In this document: positions 1 through 9,559 of the stretch, piece after piece
How positions within the stretch are numbered: the first letter of the stretch is position 1
How the letters are laid out: the number at the start of each line of letters is the position of its first letter
Assembly (NCBI GenBank): GCA_903900935.1
Contig: CAIUOX010000038.1
Span: 1-63,690 of the forward strand
Origin: an uncultured bacterium
Lineage (GTDB): Bacteria > Patescibacteriota > Minisyncoccia > Phycocordibacterales > PALSA-1337
Direction: 5' to 3'
Length of the DNA stretch: 63,690 bases
Program-made: the position numbers and the translations under genes
The notes under the pieces: generated by a model
Told to the model about the DNA's origin: nothing
Database searches by the model: none
Seen by the model: only the letters and a program-made list of their open reading frames with translations

Positions 1-80
1 GGTCTTTAATAGGTATTTTCTGACTAAACCCTTATTTTGAGCCATTTAATAGAATAAGTCATTTAAAAGTCATTATAAAT

Positions 81-509
81 ATGTTTAAAAATAGTAATAT
101 GTTTCACAAGAAACATTTCACATGTAATTTTATGCATAAAAGAGCAAAAGGTAATATAGGAGAAGATATTGCAATGAGATTTCTTGAAAGCAGGGGATTT
201 CTTGTCACGGATCGTAATTATTTAAGAAAATGGGGAGAGTTGGATATTGTTGCTAGTAAAGATGGAATTATTCATTTTTTTGAGGTTAAGAGCACCTTTT
301 TTAATTCTTTGATCAATACAAATGATCACAAGCCAGAGGATAATGTACACGGCCTAAAGGTCAAACATTTGCGAAGGATTATTGAAACATATCTTGAAGA
401 AAAAGGTGGTGGACTTGATGCTTTATTTAAATTTCATGTACTTTGTGTTTTTATAGATTTAGCCAAAAGAAAGGGAAGAGTAAAGTGGCTAGAAGATATA
501 GTGCTCTAA
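81..509 (+). CDS. yraN: YraN-family (UPF0102) endonuclease-like protein
   Basis: 142-aa ORF. The core GEDIAMRFLESRGFLV..RNY..KWGELDIVAS.DGIIHFFEVKS matches the YraN/UPF0102 signature. The true start may be the internal Met at 132. Confidence 0.7.
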   Translation: MFKNSNMFHKKHFTCNFMHKRAKGNIGEDIAMRFLESRGFLVTDRNYLRKWGELDIVASKDGIIHFFEVKSTFFNSLINTNDHKPEDNVHGLKVKHLRRIIETYLEEKGGGLDALFKFHVLCVFIDLAKRKGRVKWLEDIVL

Positions 510-552
510 TTTTTTTGTGTATATTCTATAATGTGCTAGGATAGTTCAATCA

Positions 553-628
553 CGGAGCGTGGTGTAACGGCTAACATTTCTGTTTTGGGAACAGAAGACT
601 CCGGGTTCGAATCCCGGCGCTCCGACCA
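553..628 (+). tRNA. tRNA-Pro (anticodon UGG)
   Basis: 76-nt cloverleaf folded by hand. Acceptor CGGAGCG/CGCTCCG, D stem GTGT/ACAT, anticodon stem TCTGT/ACAGA with loop TT-TGG-GA, T arm CCGGG-TTCGAAT-CCCGG, CCA encoded. Confidence 0.9.
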
Positions 629-629
629 T

Positions 630-1091
630 ATGATAAGAAAGATAATTATATTTTTTGATAAATTTGAAGATAAGGTGCGTGCTCGTTTGAGTCGTTCCCC
701 AGTTATTTATACGTTAATTGGTGGCGTGGCTATAGTACTTTTCTGGCGCGGAGTATGGCATACAGCCGATATACTTCAGGAGAAGGGAGGTTTTCTTGGT
801 TGGTTCTTTTATGAGCCAGTCAATTTGATATTCACTGCTATTATATTGCTTATGACAGGATTATTTGTTTCTTATTTTATTGGTGACACTATTCTTATGA
901 GTGGTTTGAAAGGGCAGAAGAAACAAGCAGAAAAGACTGAAAAAGAAGTCAAAGAAGAAGATGTTGAGCTCGGTCAAATTCGTTCGACTATTAAGGAGAT
1001 GAAAAAAGAAGTTGATGAGATCAAAGAAATCGTTGAACATGAACATGTGATACATCATCATCAAAACAACGAAGATGAGACAAAAAAATAA
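630..1091 (+). CDS. Hypothetical membrane protein with acidic/basic coiled-coil tail
   Basis: The ORF-track start at 585 overlaps the tRNA, so the first plausible start is ATG 630 (MIRKIIIFFDK). It has two hydrophobic helices and a K/E-rich C-terminus. No family recognised. Confidence 0.55.
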   Translation: MIRKIIIFFDKFEDKVRARLSRSPVIYTLIGGVAIVLFWRGVWHTADILQEKGGFLGWFFYEPVNLIFTAIILLMTGLFVSYFIGDTILMSGLKGQKKQAEKTEKEVKEEDVELGQIRSTIKEMKKEVDEIKEIVEHEHVIHHHQNNEDETKK

Positions 1092-1135
1092 TTTTGATTT
1101 TAAAAAGCTACATAATCTGCTAGGATAGGACAATT

Positions 1136-1209
1136 GCGGGATTAGTTAAATGGTATAATAACAGTTTTCCAAACTGTGGTCGGGAGTTCGATTCTCCCAT
1201 CCCGCACCA
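1136..1209 (+). tRNA. tRNA-Gly (anticodon UCC)
   Basis: 74-nt cloverleaf. Acceptor GCGGGAT/ATCCCGC, anticodon stem ACAGT/ACTGT with loop TT-TCC-AA, T arm GGGAG-TTCGATT-CTCCC, CCA encoded. Confidence 0.9.
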
Positions 1210-1499
1210 AACATTAAGTAATCCTCATGCACAATACCATTGTGTATTGACAGTAATACATAATAGGTGCCAAATTCGATTCAACCCCGAGAGCATTCGA
1301 AGGGTGGTGGTATGGAAGGCGCTTTGCACGTTATGATGATAGTATCTAAATTTTTAATAACCTGACAGATATTAAATTATAATATATACTAAAAAAGTAA
1401 AGAAAAGATCTTTGAATGCTGTGGCGAAGTGTACAGCAAAAATAAAAAACTGAGCATGCCTTTTGAGGCCTACTCACAACAAAGAGAGGATAAGCTGTT

Positions 1500-2105
1500 A
1501 TGGACGATTTAGATTTAGACTGGCCTTCTAGTGGCACAAAGCCAACTGGTTTGCCTACATGTTGCAAAGCAGAATTGATCATTGAAAGAAAACCTACTTC
1601 TGGAATACATTTGGTAGCTGATTCAGTTATTTATGTTGACCGTTCTACACCCTTTTCATATCCAGAAGGGGTGAAAAGGGTGATGCACCCAGAACTGGAA
1701 GCTATAGCACCTTCCAGATATGATGTTGCCAAACTCGAGCAATGGACCCATCACTTGCAGAAGGATGGAAAGTGTATTGAAGGTAATAAGATTTTCACGC
1801 ATCTGAAAAATACCAATACACTGAAGACTTGTGTTGGAGTGCGGGATCTCTATGAGATTCAGAAGAAAGGTATTGTCTTCTATCAAAAATACTTCTATGG
1901 CAAAGCGGTTTTTGGTTGGGCATCGGTCGTGCAATACTTCATCGGCGACCTACTCGTCGATCTCCTCGTCCCGTATCTCTGCGAGAGCGATGGCGGGGTT
2001 GTGCTGGTCTGGGACCCCCTTAGTCGCAATTGGTATAGCGACAACCCAGCCCTCCGTCACGTAAGTAGCACTCAGGCGGTGGTTCAACCACTCGACATGA
2101 GATGA
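1500..2105 (+). CDS. Hypothetical protein, divergent paralog of 13758..14597
   Basis: 201-aa ORF with an SD-like GAGAGGA 9 nt upstream. Its 3' third uses mostly G/C-ending codons. The C-terminal block resembles that of ORF 13758..14597. A terminator hairpin CACGAcaaaaTCGTG plus T-run follows. Confidence 0.55.
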   Translation: MDDLDLDWPSSGTKPTGLPTCCKAELIIERKPTSGIHLVADSVIYVDRSTPFSYPEGVKRVMHPELEAIAPSRYDVAKLEQWTHHLQKDGKCIEGNKIFTHLKNTNTLKTCVGVRDLYEIQKKGIVFYQKYFYGKAVFGWASVVQYFIGDLLVDLLVPYLCESDGGVVLVWDPLSRNWYSDNPALRHVSSTQAVVQPLDMR

Positions 2106-2203
2106 GTCTCCGACATTCAATTCCTGCACGACAAAATCGTGTGGGTTTTTTAATGCTGAAGTTAATTCTTCTTTTTAAGATATTGTGTAGTATAATAATC
2201 ATC

Positions 2204-2773
2204 ATGAAAAGAATATTTGTAATTCACGGCTGGGGTGGAAGTTCGCAAGAACCAATGATCGTTTGGTTAGGTAAAGTTGCTACAGAAGCAGGTTTTGAAA
2301 CTGTTGTTTTGGATATGCCAAATCCTTTAGTTCCTACGATTGATGCATGGACGAAACATATTGAAGACAATGTCTACTATGTTGACAAAGATACGTATTT
2401 TATTGGTCACAGCATTGGCTGTCAGGCAATTCTTCGATATTTGGAGACGAATAAAGGCTCGCAGTTAGGTGGAGCTATTCTTATTGCTCCATGGTTACAA
2501 ATTACCAATATCAAAACTCAAGAAGAACAAGATATTGCTCGCCCATGGATAGATAGACCGATTGATTTCGCGAGTATTCGGGCTATGGGAGGGAAGTTCG
2601 TCACGATATTCTCTGATAATGACACATTTGTACCACTTCAAGTAAATAAAGATGCATTTGAGAAAGCATTGAATCCAAAAATTATTATTGAACAGGGTAG
2701 AGGACATTTTTCAGAAGAAGATGGTGTGACTAGTCTGCCTATGGTTTTGCAAGAATTAAATTTATTTAAGTAA
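2204..2773 (+). CDS. Alpha/beta hydrolase, YdeN/RBBP9-like serine hydrolase
   Basis: Start moved to MKRIFVIHGWGGSS. Nucleophile elbow GHSIGC, later D and H (GRGHF). TATAAT at 2191-2196 lies 7 nt before the ATG. Confidence 0.7.
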   Translation: MKRIFVIHGWGGSSQEPMIVWLGKVATEAGFETVVLDMPNPLVPTIDAWTKHIEDNVYYVDKDTYFIGHSIGCQAILRYLETNKGSQLGGAILIAPWLQITNIKTQEEQDIARPWIDRPIDFASIRAMGGKFVTIFSDNDTFVPLQVNKDAFEKALNPKIIIEQGRGHFSEEDGVTSLPMVLQELNLFK

Positions 2774-2800
2774 AAAAAGCTGTATTGCTGATATGCAAAC

Positions 2801-2826
2801 AAAAAACCGCTATTAAGCGGTTTTTT
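2801..2826. terminator. Bidirectional intrinsic terminator between the hydrolase gene and hup
   Basis: AAAAAACCGC-tattaa-GCGGTTTTTT, a perfect stem flanked by an A-run and a T-run. Confidence 0.75.
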
Positions 2827-2845
2827 GAATAATCTTGTGGAGGGA

Positions 2846-3118
2846 TTATTTGACGGCATCCTTCAATGCCTTTGCTGCACGGAACTTTGGAACCTTCATA
2901 GCTGGAACCTTGATAGCCTCACCTGTGCGAGGATTTCGAGCTTCACGAGCTGCGCGCTGTTTTACTGAAAAGATACCGAGGCCTGCAATAGATACTTCAT
3001 CACCCTTTTTGAGTGAATCAATGATGCTATTGATGACTGTCTCAACTGCTTGTTCTGCTTGTACCTTTGTACCTCCGAGAACGCCGTGAACTGCCTCTAC
3101 GATTGATGCTTTGTTCAT
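2846..3118 (-). CDS. hup: HU-family DNA-binding protein
   Basis: 90 aa. MNKASIVEAV...GDEVSIAGLGIFSVKQRAAREARNPRTGEAIKVPA is the canonical HU/IHF beta-arm. Confidence 0.92.
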   Translation of the reverse strand: MNKASIVEAVHGVLGGTKVQAEQAVETVINSIIDSLKKGDEVSIAGLGIFSVKQRAAREARNPRTGEAIKVPAMKVPKFRAAKALKDAVK

Positions 3119-3396
3119 ATGTATGAATTAGTTAGTATTAATAATTGCTAATCTCGATTCGCCGCAACTGAGTCGCTGTGGCGAATCAAGTGTCGAACCG
3201 TGGCTATAATTATATAGTAAGCCGTATTTTAAGCAATACGTCTGTAAAGTTGACATATTTGAGTAAAAATTGCTTGTTTTATATAAGAAATACTTAAATA
3301 AAGGTATAATCTATTTATAAATAACGTATCTGATTATCTGCATAGATAATAAAAAAATGTGGTCAAGCAGTTCTATTGGTTTGTGTAATCCGTAAT

Positions 3397-3657
3397 TTAT
3401 CTATATACATCGTGATCTCCAATAACAAGAAGCGTGATCTCATTTTTTGATACATATTCAAATATAACCCTATCTTTGTAATTGACTGAAAAACTCAGTG
3501 TACCTTTGAGTTTTCCGTGAAGTCTGTGCACTTTTAGCACCTTGTGGTTCTTTTTGTTTTTGAGGATTTCGATTTTTTCAATAACTTCATCTTGAGCAGG
3601 TGAACTTAGTTTTTTGAGTTGGCGGATAAATTGCGGTTTGTAGTATATGTGCAACAT
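3397..3657 (-). CDS. Type II toxin, RelE/ParE superfamily
   Basis: 86 aa. Pattern YKPQFIRQLKKL...H.LHGKLKG..SFSVNYKDRVIF...I.LL.IGDHDVY is typical of RelE/YafQ-like toxins. It lies directly downstream of a small RHH gene. Confidence 0.7.
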   Translation of the reverse strand: MLHIYYKPQFIRQLKKLSSPAQDEVIEKIEILKNKKNHKVLKVHRLHGKLKGTLSFSVNYKDRVIFEYVSKNEITLLVIGDHDVYR

Positions 3658-3676
3658 ATGTATTGGTCTGATACTA

Positions 3677-3883
3677 CTAGAGTTTCTTCATGAGATCACG
3701 GATATTACCTTTGAGATTTGGTTCTCGTTGGGCTTCAAGTACAGCATTGACGGCTTGTTCTTCTGCAAAGTAGGTGAGAGCACGACGTACTGCATCTGCT
3801 TTATTTGAAGCCTTACCACTCCGTATGAGAGTTTCAATAAAAGTTGCGAGCTCAGATGAGATGGGTATAGATAGTGTGGTCAT
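3677..3883 (-). CDS. Ribbon-helix-helix antitoxin (ParD/CopG-like)
   Basis: 68 aa. N-terminal beta strand (LSIPISSEL) followed by two helices. Sits 19 nt upstream of the toxin. Confidence 0.6.
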   Translation of the reverse strand: MTTLSIPISSELATFIETLIRSGKASNKADAVRRALTYFAEEQAVNAVLEAQREPNLKGNIRDLMKKL

Positions 3884-4058
3884 ATGTATGATATTTTAAT
3901 ATGATAGTATCATATATTTTTTTTATATATATGTCAATTTCAACATAAAATCACCACATATAGTGGTGATTTTATGTTGGTTGAATCATTTGTGGCTATC
4001 TCGCAAACTCCACACCGCTTTGCTCATAATGCATGAGCTCCGCAGGGCAAGCTATTGA

Positions 4059-5588
4059 TTACCGTGCGAATTCTACCGTTCTAGTTTCACGTATGACGGT
4101 GACTTTGATTTCACCAGGATATTTGAGATCTTTTTCTATTTTTAGCGCTATATCACGTGCCAAAGTCTTTGCTTCAAGGTCGCCCATTGTTTCTGGCTTC
4201 ACGAATATACGAATTTCACGGCCAGCTTGAAGGGCATATGATTTTTCAATACCAGGGAATGAATTGGCTGTCGCTTCAAGGTCAGCCAAACGTTTGAGGT
4301 AATTTTCAACATTGTCGCGACGCGCTCCTGGTCGAGCACCAGATATAGCGTCAGCAGTTTGCACAATGCGTGATTCAACGGTTTCATATGGATATTCTTC
4401 ATGATGAGCCTGCATTGCCTTTATTATTTCTTCTGGTGCACCAAACTTTTGTAGTATTCGACGACCTATTTCAACGTGAGTACCAGCAACTTCATGGTCA
4501 AGTGCCTTACCAATATCGTGAAGAAGGGCCCCTGCCTTTGCTACTTGAACATTTGCACCGATTTCTTCAGCAATCATTCCTGCAATATGTGCCATTTCTA
4601 CTGAGTGTTGCAATACATTTTGTCCATAACTTGTGCGGAAATAGAGACGTCCAAGAATAAGGAGTATTCGTGGGTCAAGGCCAATGACGCCAAATTCATA
4701 TGCAGCGGCCTCTCCTTTTTCTTTGATTGTCTTATTGATGTCTTGTTTTGCCTTTTCGACGACTTGTTCTATCTTTGCTGGTTGAATACGGCCATCTTTG
4801 ATGAGTTCAAGAATAGCAATACGTGCTGTATGTCGGCGTACTGGATCAAATGATGATATCGTAATTGCGCCTGGAGTATCATCAACCATTACTTCTACAC
4901 CAGTAATACGTTCAAAAGCTTTGATATTACGGCCTTCCTTGCCAATAATCTTACCTTTGACATCATCACTTGGAATTTCTACAATCGATGACATAACATC
5001 AGAGGCTACTGATGAGGCAAGTCTCTGTATAGACATTGCGAGAATATCTCTCGCTTTGATATCAAGAGACTCTTCCCCTTGATTTTCAAGCTTATTCATA
5101 CGAACGAGCAAGTCTTCTTCACTGTGTTTTTCTACAATGGTCATCAGCTCTTTCTTTGCATCATCTTTTGAAAGTTGAGATATCTTTTCGAGAGCTTGTA
5201 AGCGGTCAGTTTCAAGTTTCTCGGCTTTTTCTCGAATAGATTTTATTTCTGCTACACGTGTCTTTATAAGATCGACTTCTTTGTCGATGTCTGTTTGGCG
5301 TTTATCAAGCAAATCCTCCTTTTTTATGAGGCGATCCTCTGTTTGGTTGATTTTGTCTTCTTTTTCCTTGATTTCTACTCTCGCCTCATCGAGTGTTTTG
5401 TGGGCCCTTGTCTCGGCATCCGCGGTGATCTTCTTTGATTCTTCCTTGGCGGCAAGGAGCATCTCCTTGATTTCAAGTTCCATAGAACCTTTTTTACCTA
5501 AAGAAATGATCAGGCGCAGATAGTACCCGAGAGCAATGCCTACAACTCCCGCGATGGAGAGGTATAATGCGACTTCTTTGAGTGACAT
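4059..5588 (-). CDS. rny: Ribonuclease Y
   Basis: 509 aa. N-terminal TM helix, long coiled coil, KH domain (GKIIGKEGRNIKAFE) and HD domain (LLHDIGKALDHE). Confidence 0.93.
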   Translation of the reverse strand: MSLKEVALYLSIAGVVGIALGYYLRLIISLGKKGSMELEIKEMLLAAKEESKKITADAETRAHKTLDEARVEIKEKEDKINQTEDRLIKKEDLLDKRQTDIDKEVDLIKTRVAEIKSIREKAEKLETDRLQALEKISQLSKDDAKKELMTIVEKHSEEDLLVRMNKLENQGEESLDIKARDILAMSIQRLASSVASDVMSSIVEIPSDDVKGKIIGKEGRNIKAFERITGVEVMVDDTPGAITISSFDPVRRHTARIAILELIKDGRIQPAKIEQVVEKAKQDINKTIKEKGEAAAYEFGVIGLDPRILLILGRLYFRTSYGQNVLQHSVEMAHIAGMIAEEIGANVQVAKAGALLHDIGKALDHEVAGTHVEIGRRILQKFGAPEEIIKAMQAHHEEYPYETVESRIVQTADAISGARPGARRDNVENYLKRLADLEATANSFPGIEKSYALQAGREIRIFVKPETMGDLEAKTLARDIALKIEKDLKYPGEIKVTVIRETRTVEFAR

Positions 5589-5840
5589 ATGCGGTGTGGA
5601 CCCGCTCTTTTTGAACTAAGATGAAAGTAACGTATGAGTCTTGGTCTGTAACTGAATGATGGTGTGTGTCATAGGTTGGAATATCACGAAATTCTTAAAA
5701 AGCGGAATCAAAATTAAAATTTGGTAACAATCGTATAGTATAACTAATTTTATAACTGTGCAAGTCTTCAGAGATCATCATTTGAGTTTTAAGCCCATTT
5801 CTGTTACAATCGCCACATAATCTTAATTAAGTCAAAAATT

Positions 5841-6422
5841 ATGTTAATTCCAACAGTAATTGAAAAATCTAGTTTCGGAGAGCGTGCATATGATATATAT
5901 TCACGTCTTTTGAAAGATAGCATCATTTTTTTGGGCGGACCGATAGATGATCATATGGCAAATCTTGTCATTGCTCAGCTTTTATTCTTGCAATCTGAGG
6001 ATCCAAAGAAAGAGATATCTCTATATATCAATTCACCAGGTGGTTCAGTCACCTCTACTCTTGCTATTATTGATACTATGAATCATATCAAGAATGACGT
6101 TTCTACGGTCTGCGTTGGAATAGCCGCATCAGGTGCAGCTCTTGTGCTATCTGCAGGAACAAAAGGCAAGCGTATGGTTTTACCAAATGCAGAGGTCATG
6201 ATTCACCAACCTCTCGGTGGGGCAGAGGGTCAAGCATCTGATATTGAGATTAGTGCCAAGCATATTCTGAAGACTCGTTCAAATTTGAATAAGATTCTCG
6301 CCAAGAATACTGGTCAAACTCTCGCAAAGATTGAAAAAGATGTAGATCGTGATTTCTTTATGGATGCAGAAGAAGCGAAGAAATATGGCATTATTGATCA
6401 AGTTGCAGGCGGTAAGAAGTAA
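5841..6422 (+). CDS. clpP: ATP-dependent Clp protease proteolytic subunit
   Basis: 193 aa. [45 protein letters not shown]. Confidence 0.96.
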   Translation: MLIPTVIEKSSFGERAYDIYSRLLKDSIIFLGGPIDDHMANLVIAQLLFLQSEDPKKEISLYINSPGGSVTSTLAIIDTMNHIKNDVSTVCVGIAASGAALVLSAGTKGKRMVLPNAEVMIHQPLGGAEGQASDIEISAKHILKTRSNLNKILAKNTGQTLAKIEKDVDRDFFMDAEEAKKYGIIDQVAGGKK

Positions 6423-6424
6423 TT

Positions 6425-7129
6425 ATGCGTCTTCATAGATTCTACATATCTGAGGTTGTAGGAAATAAAACAGAGCTTACAATCAACTCTGCAGATTTAG
6501 CGAATCAGATTCATCGAGTATTTCGATTGAAGAAAGGAGATTTGATAGTTGTTTTTGATGGTTCTGGTTCTGACTATGAATGTAGCATTGCTGATTTTAG
6601 TAGAGAAACTATTTCTTTGAATGTGATTTCTGTGCGCAGAAGTCATTATATGCCAATTCGAGACGTATATTTATATGCGGCGGTCGTCAAAAAGGATACA
6701 TTTGAATGGATTGTTGAGAAAGCCACAGAACTTGGTGTTACACACATTATTCCTGTAATGGCTGAGCGTAGCGAGAAGAAATCCTTGAATGAGGGACGGC
6801 TCAAGAAGATTGCAGTTGAGGCAAGTGAACAATCAGGTAGGGGTAATGTTCCAACCATTCTACCAATTAGGAGTTTAAAAGAAGCCTTAGATAGCAAAGA
6901 TGGTTTTGAATTAATTGCATTTCATACCGATGCACCAGCTTTATCGAGGTCAGGCCTCGATAAAAATGTTTCACTTGGACTTTTCATAGGTCCTGAAGGA
7001 GGTTGGTCTGCAGATGAGGTTGATATGTTTCACAGTCATGAAATACAACTTGTTTCTCTAGGAAATCAGGTTTTGAGGTCAGAAACTGCTGTGGTCGCTA
7101 CTCTTTCGGTAGTTATGTTTGGTAATTGA
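6425..7129 (+). CDS. rsmE: 16S rRNA (uracil1498-N3)-methyltransferase
   Basis: 234 aa. MRLHRFY start, PUA-like N-terminus, C-terminal SPOUT motif GPEGGWS...LG..VLR.ETA. Confidence 0.85.
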   Translation: MRLHRFYISEVVGNKTELTINSADLANQIHRVFRLKKGDLIVVFDGSGSDYECSIADFSRETISLNVISVRRSHYMPIRDVYLYAAVVKKDTFEWIVEKATELGVTHIIPVMAERSEKKSLNEGRLKKIAVEASEQSGRGNVPTILPIRSLKEALDSKDGFELIAFHTDAPALSRSGLDKNVSLGLFIGPEGGWSADEVDMFHSHEIQLVSLGNQVLRSETAVVATLSVVMFGN

Positions 7130-7140
7130 TGAAGTTTCAC

Positions 7141-7165
7141 TTGTCCGAGGTGGAACCTCGGACAA
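7141..7165. terminator. Hairpin between the convergent rsmE and tig genes
   Basis: TTGTCCGAGG-tggaa-CCTCGGACAA, a 10-bp perfect stem. Confidence 0.6.
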
Positions 7166-8251
7166 CTATTCTTTTGCTTCCAAAAACTGGAATACCTTTT
7201 CATTTGTTAGCACAGTCTCGGCATATATAGACGCCTGCTCACGGTCTGCATCTTTATAATGCTCAACGATATGGTTTACTTCTTCTTCAACCTCTTCACG
7301 CGTAGGAGTAATCTTCTCAACTTTGGCGATTTCATTCAAGATAAGCTGAAGTTTTGCCTTTTTTTCAGAATGAGGCCTCCATTCTTTTTGGAGATCTTCA
7401 AGTGATTTCTTGGCGTGTTTCAAATAATCATCAAGTTTAACCCCCATACGCTGAATATCAGCCTCAAATTGTGCCTTTGTCCTATTGAGTTCGCTTTCTA
7501 TCATGATTTCAGGTAATTCTACTTTAGTCTTTTCTGCAATTGCATCTGCAATGCGAATACGACTTTTTTCGTGTGATTGGTCGCGCTTATTTTCAGCAAT
7601 CATGTCTGAGAGTTTATTCTTGAAATCAGGGACATCACTGAAATCTCCAAGTGTTTTCACAAAAGCGTCAGTTAATTCTGGCATAGATGCTTCAATAGCC
7701 TTTTCGTGCTCCTCTGGTGTCATTTTTTTGTGATCATGACCCTCGTGAGATGCATGAGACTTTCGAATGCGGAAAATAGAATCCTCAATATCTTTTTCTG
7801 TCACATTGAGTTCGGCAGGGTCGCTCTTTTTTATCTCGGTCTGAGCTATTTTCTTGTATTCAGGTAATTTTATTTCTGGAATAATAGCCGTAGTTATCTT
7901 GAATTCAAGAGGATTATCTTTGGCGAGCTTGGTGACTCCTATTGTTGGTTTACCAATAGCGTCTAGTTTATTGTCAATAATAATGTCTAGGTATGCTTTT
8001 GAAAGTGCCAGCTCAGCCATTTCTTCAAGAATAGCCATATCACCAACTTTGGCGACAAGTATATTTTCAGGAACATTACCTTTGCGAAATCCATCCATGG
8101 TGATCGAATTGTTGATATGTTTGAGGGCCTGGGCACGGAATGTATCAAGAATCTCAGCTGATATAGAACCATTTATTTCAATCTGAGCTTTTTCTAACTT
8201 TTTTATTTCTGCTGACGAGTATGATTTTGGGTTTTGTGTTGTTTTTGTCAT
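7166..8251 (-). CDS. tig: Trigger factor lacking the central FKBP/PPIase domain
   Basis: Start set at MTKTTQNPK (ATG 8251). N-domain with GFRKGNVP ribosome-binding signature, and a C-domain. Only about 25 His-rich residues lie where the roughly 100-aa PPIase domain normally sits. Confidence 0.85.
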   Translation of the reverse strand: MTKTTQNPKSYSSAEIKKLEKAQIEINGSISAEILDTFRAQALKHINNSITMDGFRKGNVPENILVAKVGDMAILEEMAELALSKAYLDIIIDNKLDAIGKPTIGVTKLAKDNPLEFKITTAIIPEIKLPEYKKIAQTEIKKSDPAELNVTEKDIEDSIFRIRKSHASHEGHDHKKMTPEEHEKAIEASMPELTDAFVKTLGDFSDVPDFKNKLSDMIAENKRDQSHEKSRIRIADAIAEKTKVELPEIMIESELNRTKAQFEADIQRMGVKLDDYLKHAKKSLEDLQKEWRPHSEKKAKLQLILNEIAKVEKITPTREEVEEEVNHIVEHYKDADREQASIYAETVLTNEKVFQFLEAKE

Positions 8252-8341
8252 GAAAGAGAGTGTACATGAACATGGTAAATGGAGCAAGAATAAAAGACTG
8301 AAACATCAAGGCCTCGCCTCGATGTCAGACCTCGATAAAGT

Positions 8342-8614
8342 TTATAATCCTTGACCTTCCAATCCACCGGCAGATGAATTGAGGTCGTTATTTAATGAGT
8401 TTATATCATCAGAAGTATTGGTAATTTCCTTGACTGTTCTCGTGGTTGTATCAATTGTTATGTCTGCAGGAAGAGTTTGTTGATTCATCCGCGAAGCAAA
8501 TATATATAAAGCACCAATAATAAGAATCAGCACAATGACAAGAGTCGCAATAATAGGGCCTACTTTCTTGTGTCCATTTTCTTGTTCAGTCTGTGATGAT
8601 TGTGTGGTATCCAT
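8342..8614 (-). CDS. Hypothetical single-pass membrane protein
   Basis: 90 aa with one strong TM helix (VGPIIATLVIVLILIIGALYIF). No family recognised. Confidence 0.45.
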   Translation of the reverse strand: MDTTQSSQTEQENGHKKVGPIIATLVIVLILIIGALYIFASRMNQQTLPADITIDTTTRTVKEITNTSDDINSLNNDLNSSAGGLEGQGL

Positions 8615-8634
8615 GGTGTTTTTTATATTATATA

Positions 8635-9405
8635 TTATTGTTGGTTGTTTGGTACTTGTTGAGGAGTGCTTGTAGATCTGTTCTGTTTTTGTTCTCCAAG
8701 GTCTAAGCCCATTGCATGAGCTATAGCACGAACAACGTCTGCAAGAGCATTGTGTGCATCTTTACTGGCTTTGATTGCTGTATCAGCGATTTGTCGTGGT
8801 CGGTTCATGTCTATTGTTGTAGTTGCTGTTGATGAAGCTATTGAAGTAAATGTATTGAACTTGGCAAGAGCCTGTTCGGCACTCGCTATCTTACCATCGG
8901 CAATCGTAAGAAGTCTCTTTGCTTCGATCATATCATCACCAACTTGTTCAGCCTTGCCAATACGAGTGTTGATACGTTCTCGGATTTGTTTGAGATTGCT
9001 CAGGGCGAGCCCCAATTGCTTTGACAGAGCTTCTTTGCGCGCTATAAAGATGTTTTGTATTGCTCGATATCCTTGAGTTGAAGAACTATTTCTTATATCT
9101 TCTGCGCTTGAGCTAACACCATCTTTGAAACCTCGTTCTCCTAATTTTTGGGCATTTATTTCATAAGTATTTGAAGCGTTTCTCATATTTTGGAATGGTT
9201 TGGTGCTTGAGCCAACTATTCCACGATTCTCTAATCTTTGATTTCTGACATTTTCATTTTGTCCAATATTTCCACCGAGTTTTTCTCGAAGCATGATAGG
9301 CAGTCCTTGTCCGGACTTGTTATCATTTTCTTGCGCGCGCATTGTGCTGGGTAGTACTAGAATAAGCGCTAAAGTTAGGATTATGTATATATGTTGTTTT
9401 TTCAT
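8635..9405 (-). CDS. Hypothetical secreted protein
   Basis: Start moved to MKKQHIYIILTLALILVLPSTMRAQ, which looks like a signal peptide. The rest is polar and coiled-coil-like. Confidence 0.5.
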   Translation of the reverse strand: MKKQHIYIILTLALILVLPSTMRAQENDNKSGQGLPIMLREKLGGNIGQNENVRNQRLENRGIVGSSTKPFQNMRNASNTYEINAQKLGERGFKDGVSSSAEDIRNSSSTQGYRAIQNIFIARKEALSKQLGLALSNLKQIRERINTRIGKAEQVGDDMIEAKRLLTIADGKIASAEQALAKFNTFTSIASSTATTTIDMNRPRQIADTAIKASKDAHNALADVVRAIAHAMGLDLGEQKQNRSTSTPQQVPNNQQ

Positions 9406-9519
9406 TGTATGGTATTTAGTCTTTCGTCTAAGTAATGACACAAAATTGTGTCAGAGACCAGTATACCATGAATAGCTAAGTCTATAAATTATATGTATCT
9501 GAACTTATGTATTATATTA

Positions 9520-9543
9520 AAACCCGCTCATTTTAGCGGGTTT
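9520..9543 (-). terminator. Intrinsic terminator of the 9560..9943 gene
   Basis: On the minus strand: AAACCCGCT-aaaatg-AGCGGGTTTT. Confidence 0.7.
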
Positions 9544-9559
9544 GTGTGAGGAAAAGCAG

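Noticed and set aside
585-629. N-terminal 15 codons of the track ORF 585..1091.
   Set aside because: They lie entirely inside the T arm and acceptor stem of tRNA-Pro. The first start codon outside the tRNA is ATG 630.
1266-1285. Possible tRNA-Gly 3' fragment (AATTCGATTCAACCCC) marking an att duplication that flanks ORF 1500.
   Set aside because: Only the 8-mer TTCGATTC matches the T loop of the tRNA. There is no second boundary repeat and no integrase.
3941-3979. 17-bp perfect hairpin CAACATAAAATCACCAC-atata-GTGGTGATTTTATGTTG, considered as a possible repeat element.
   Set aside because: It is a single copy located directly downstream of the rny stop on the minus strand. It is most simply the rny terminator or stabiliser.
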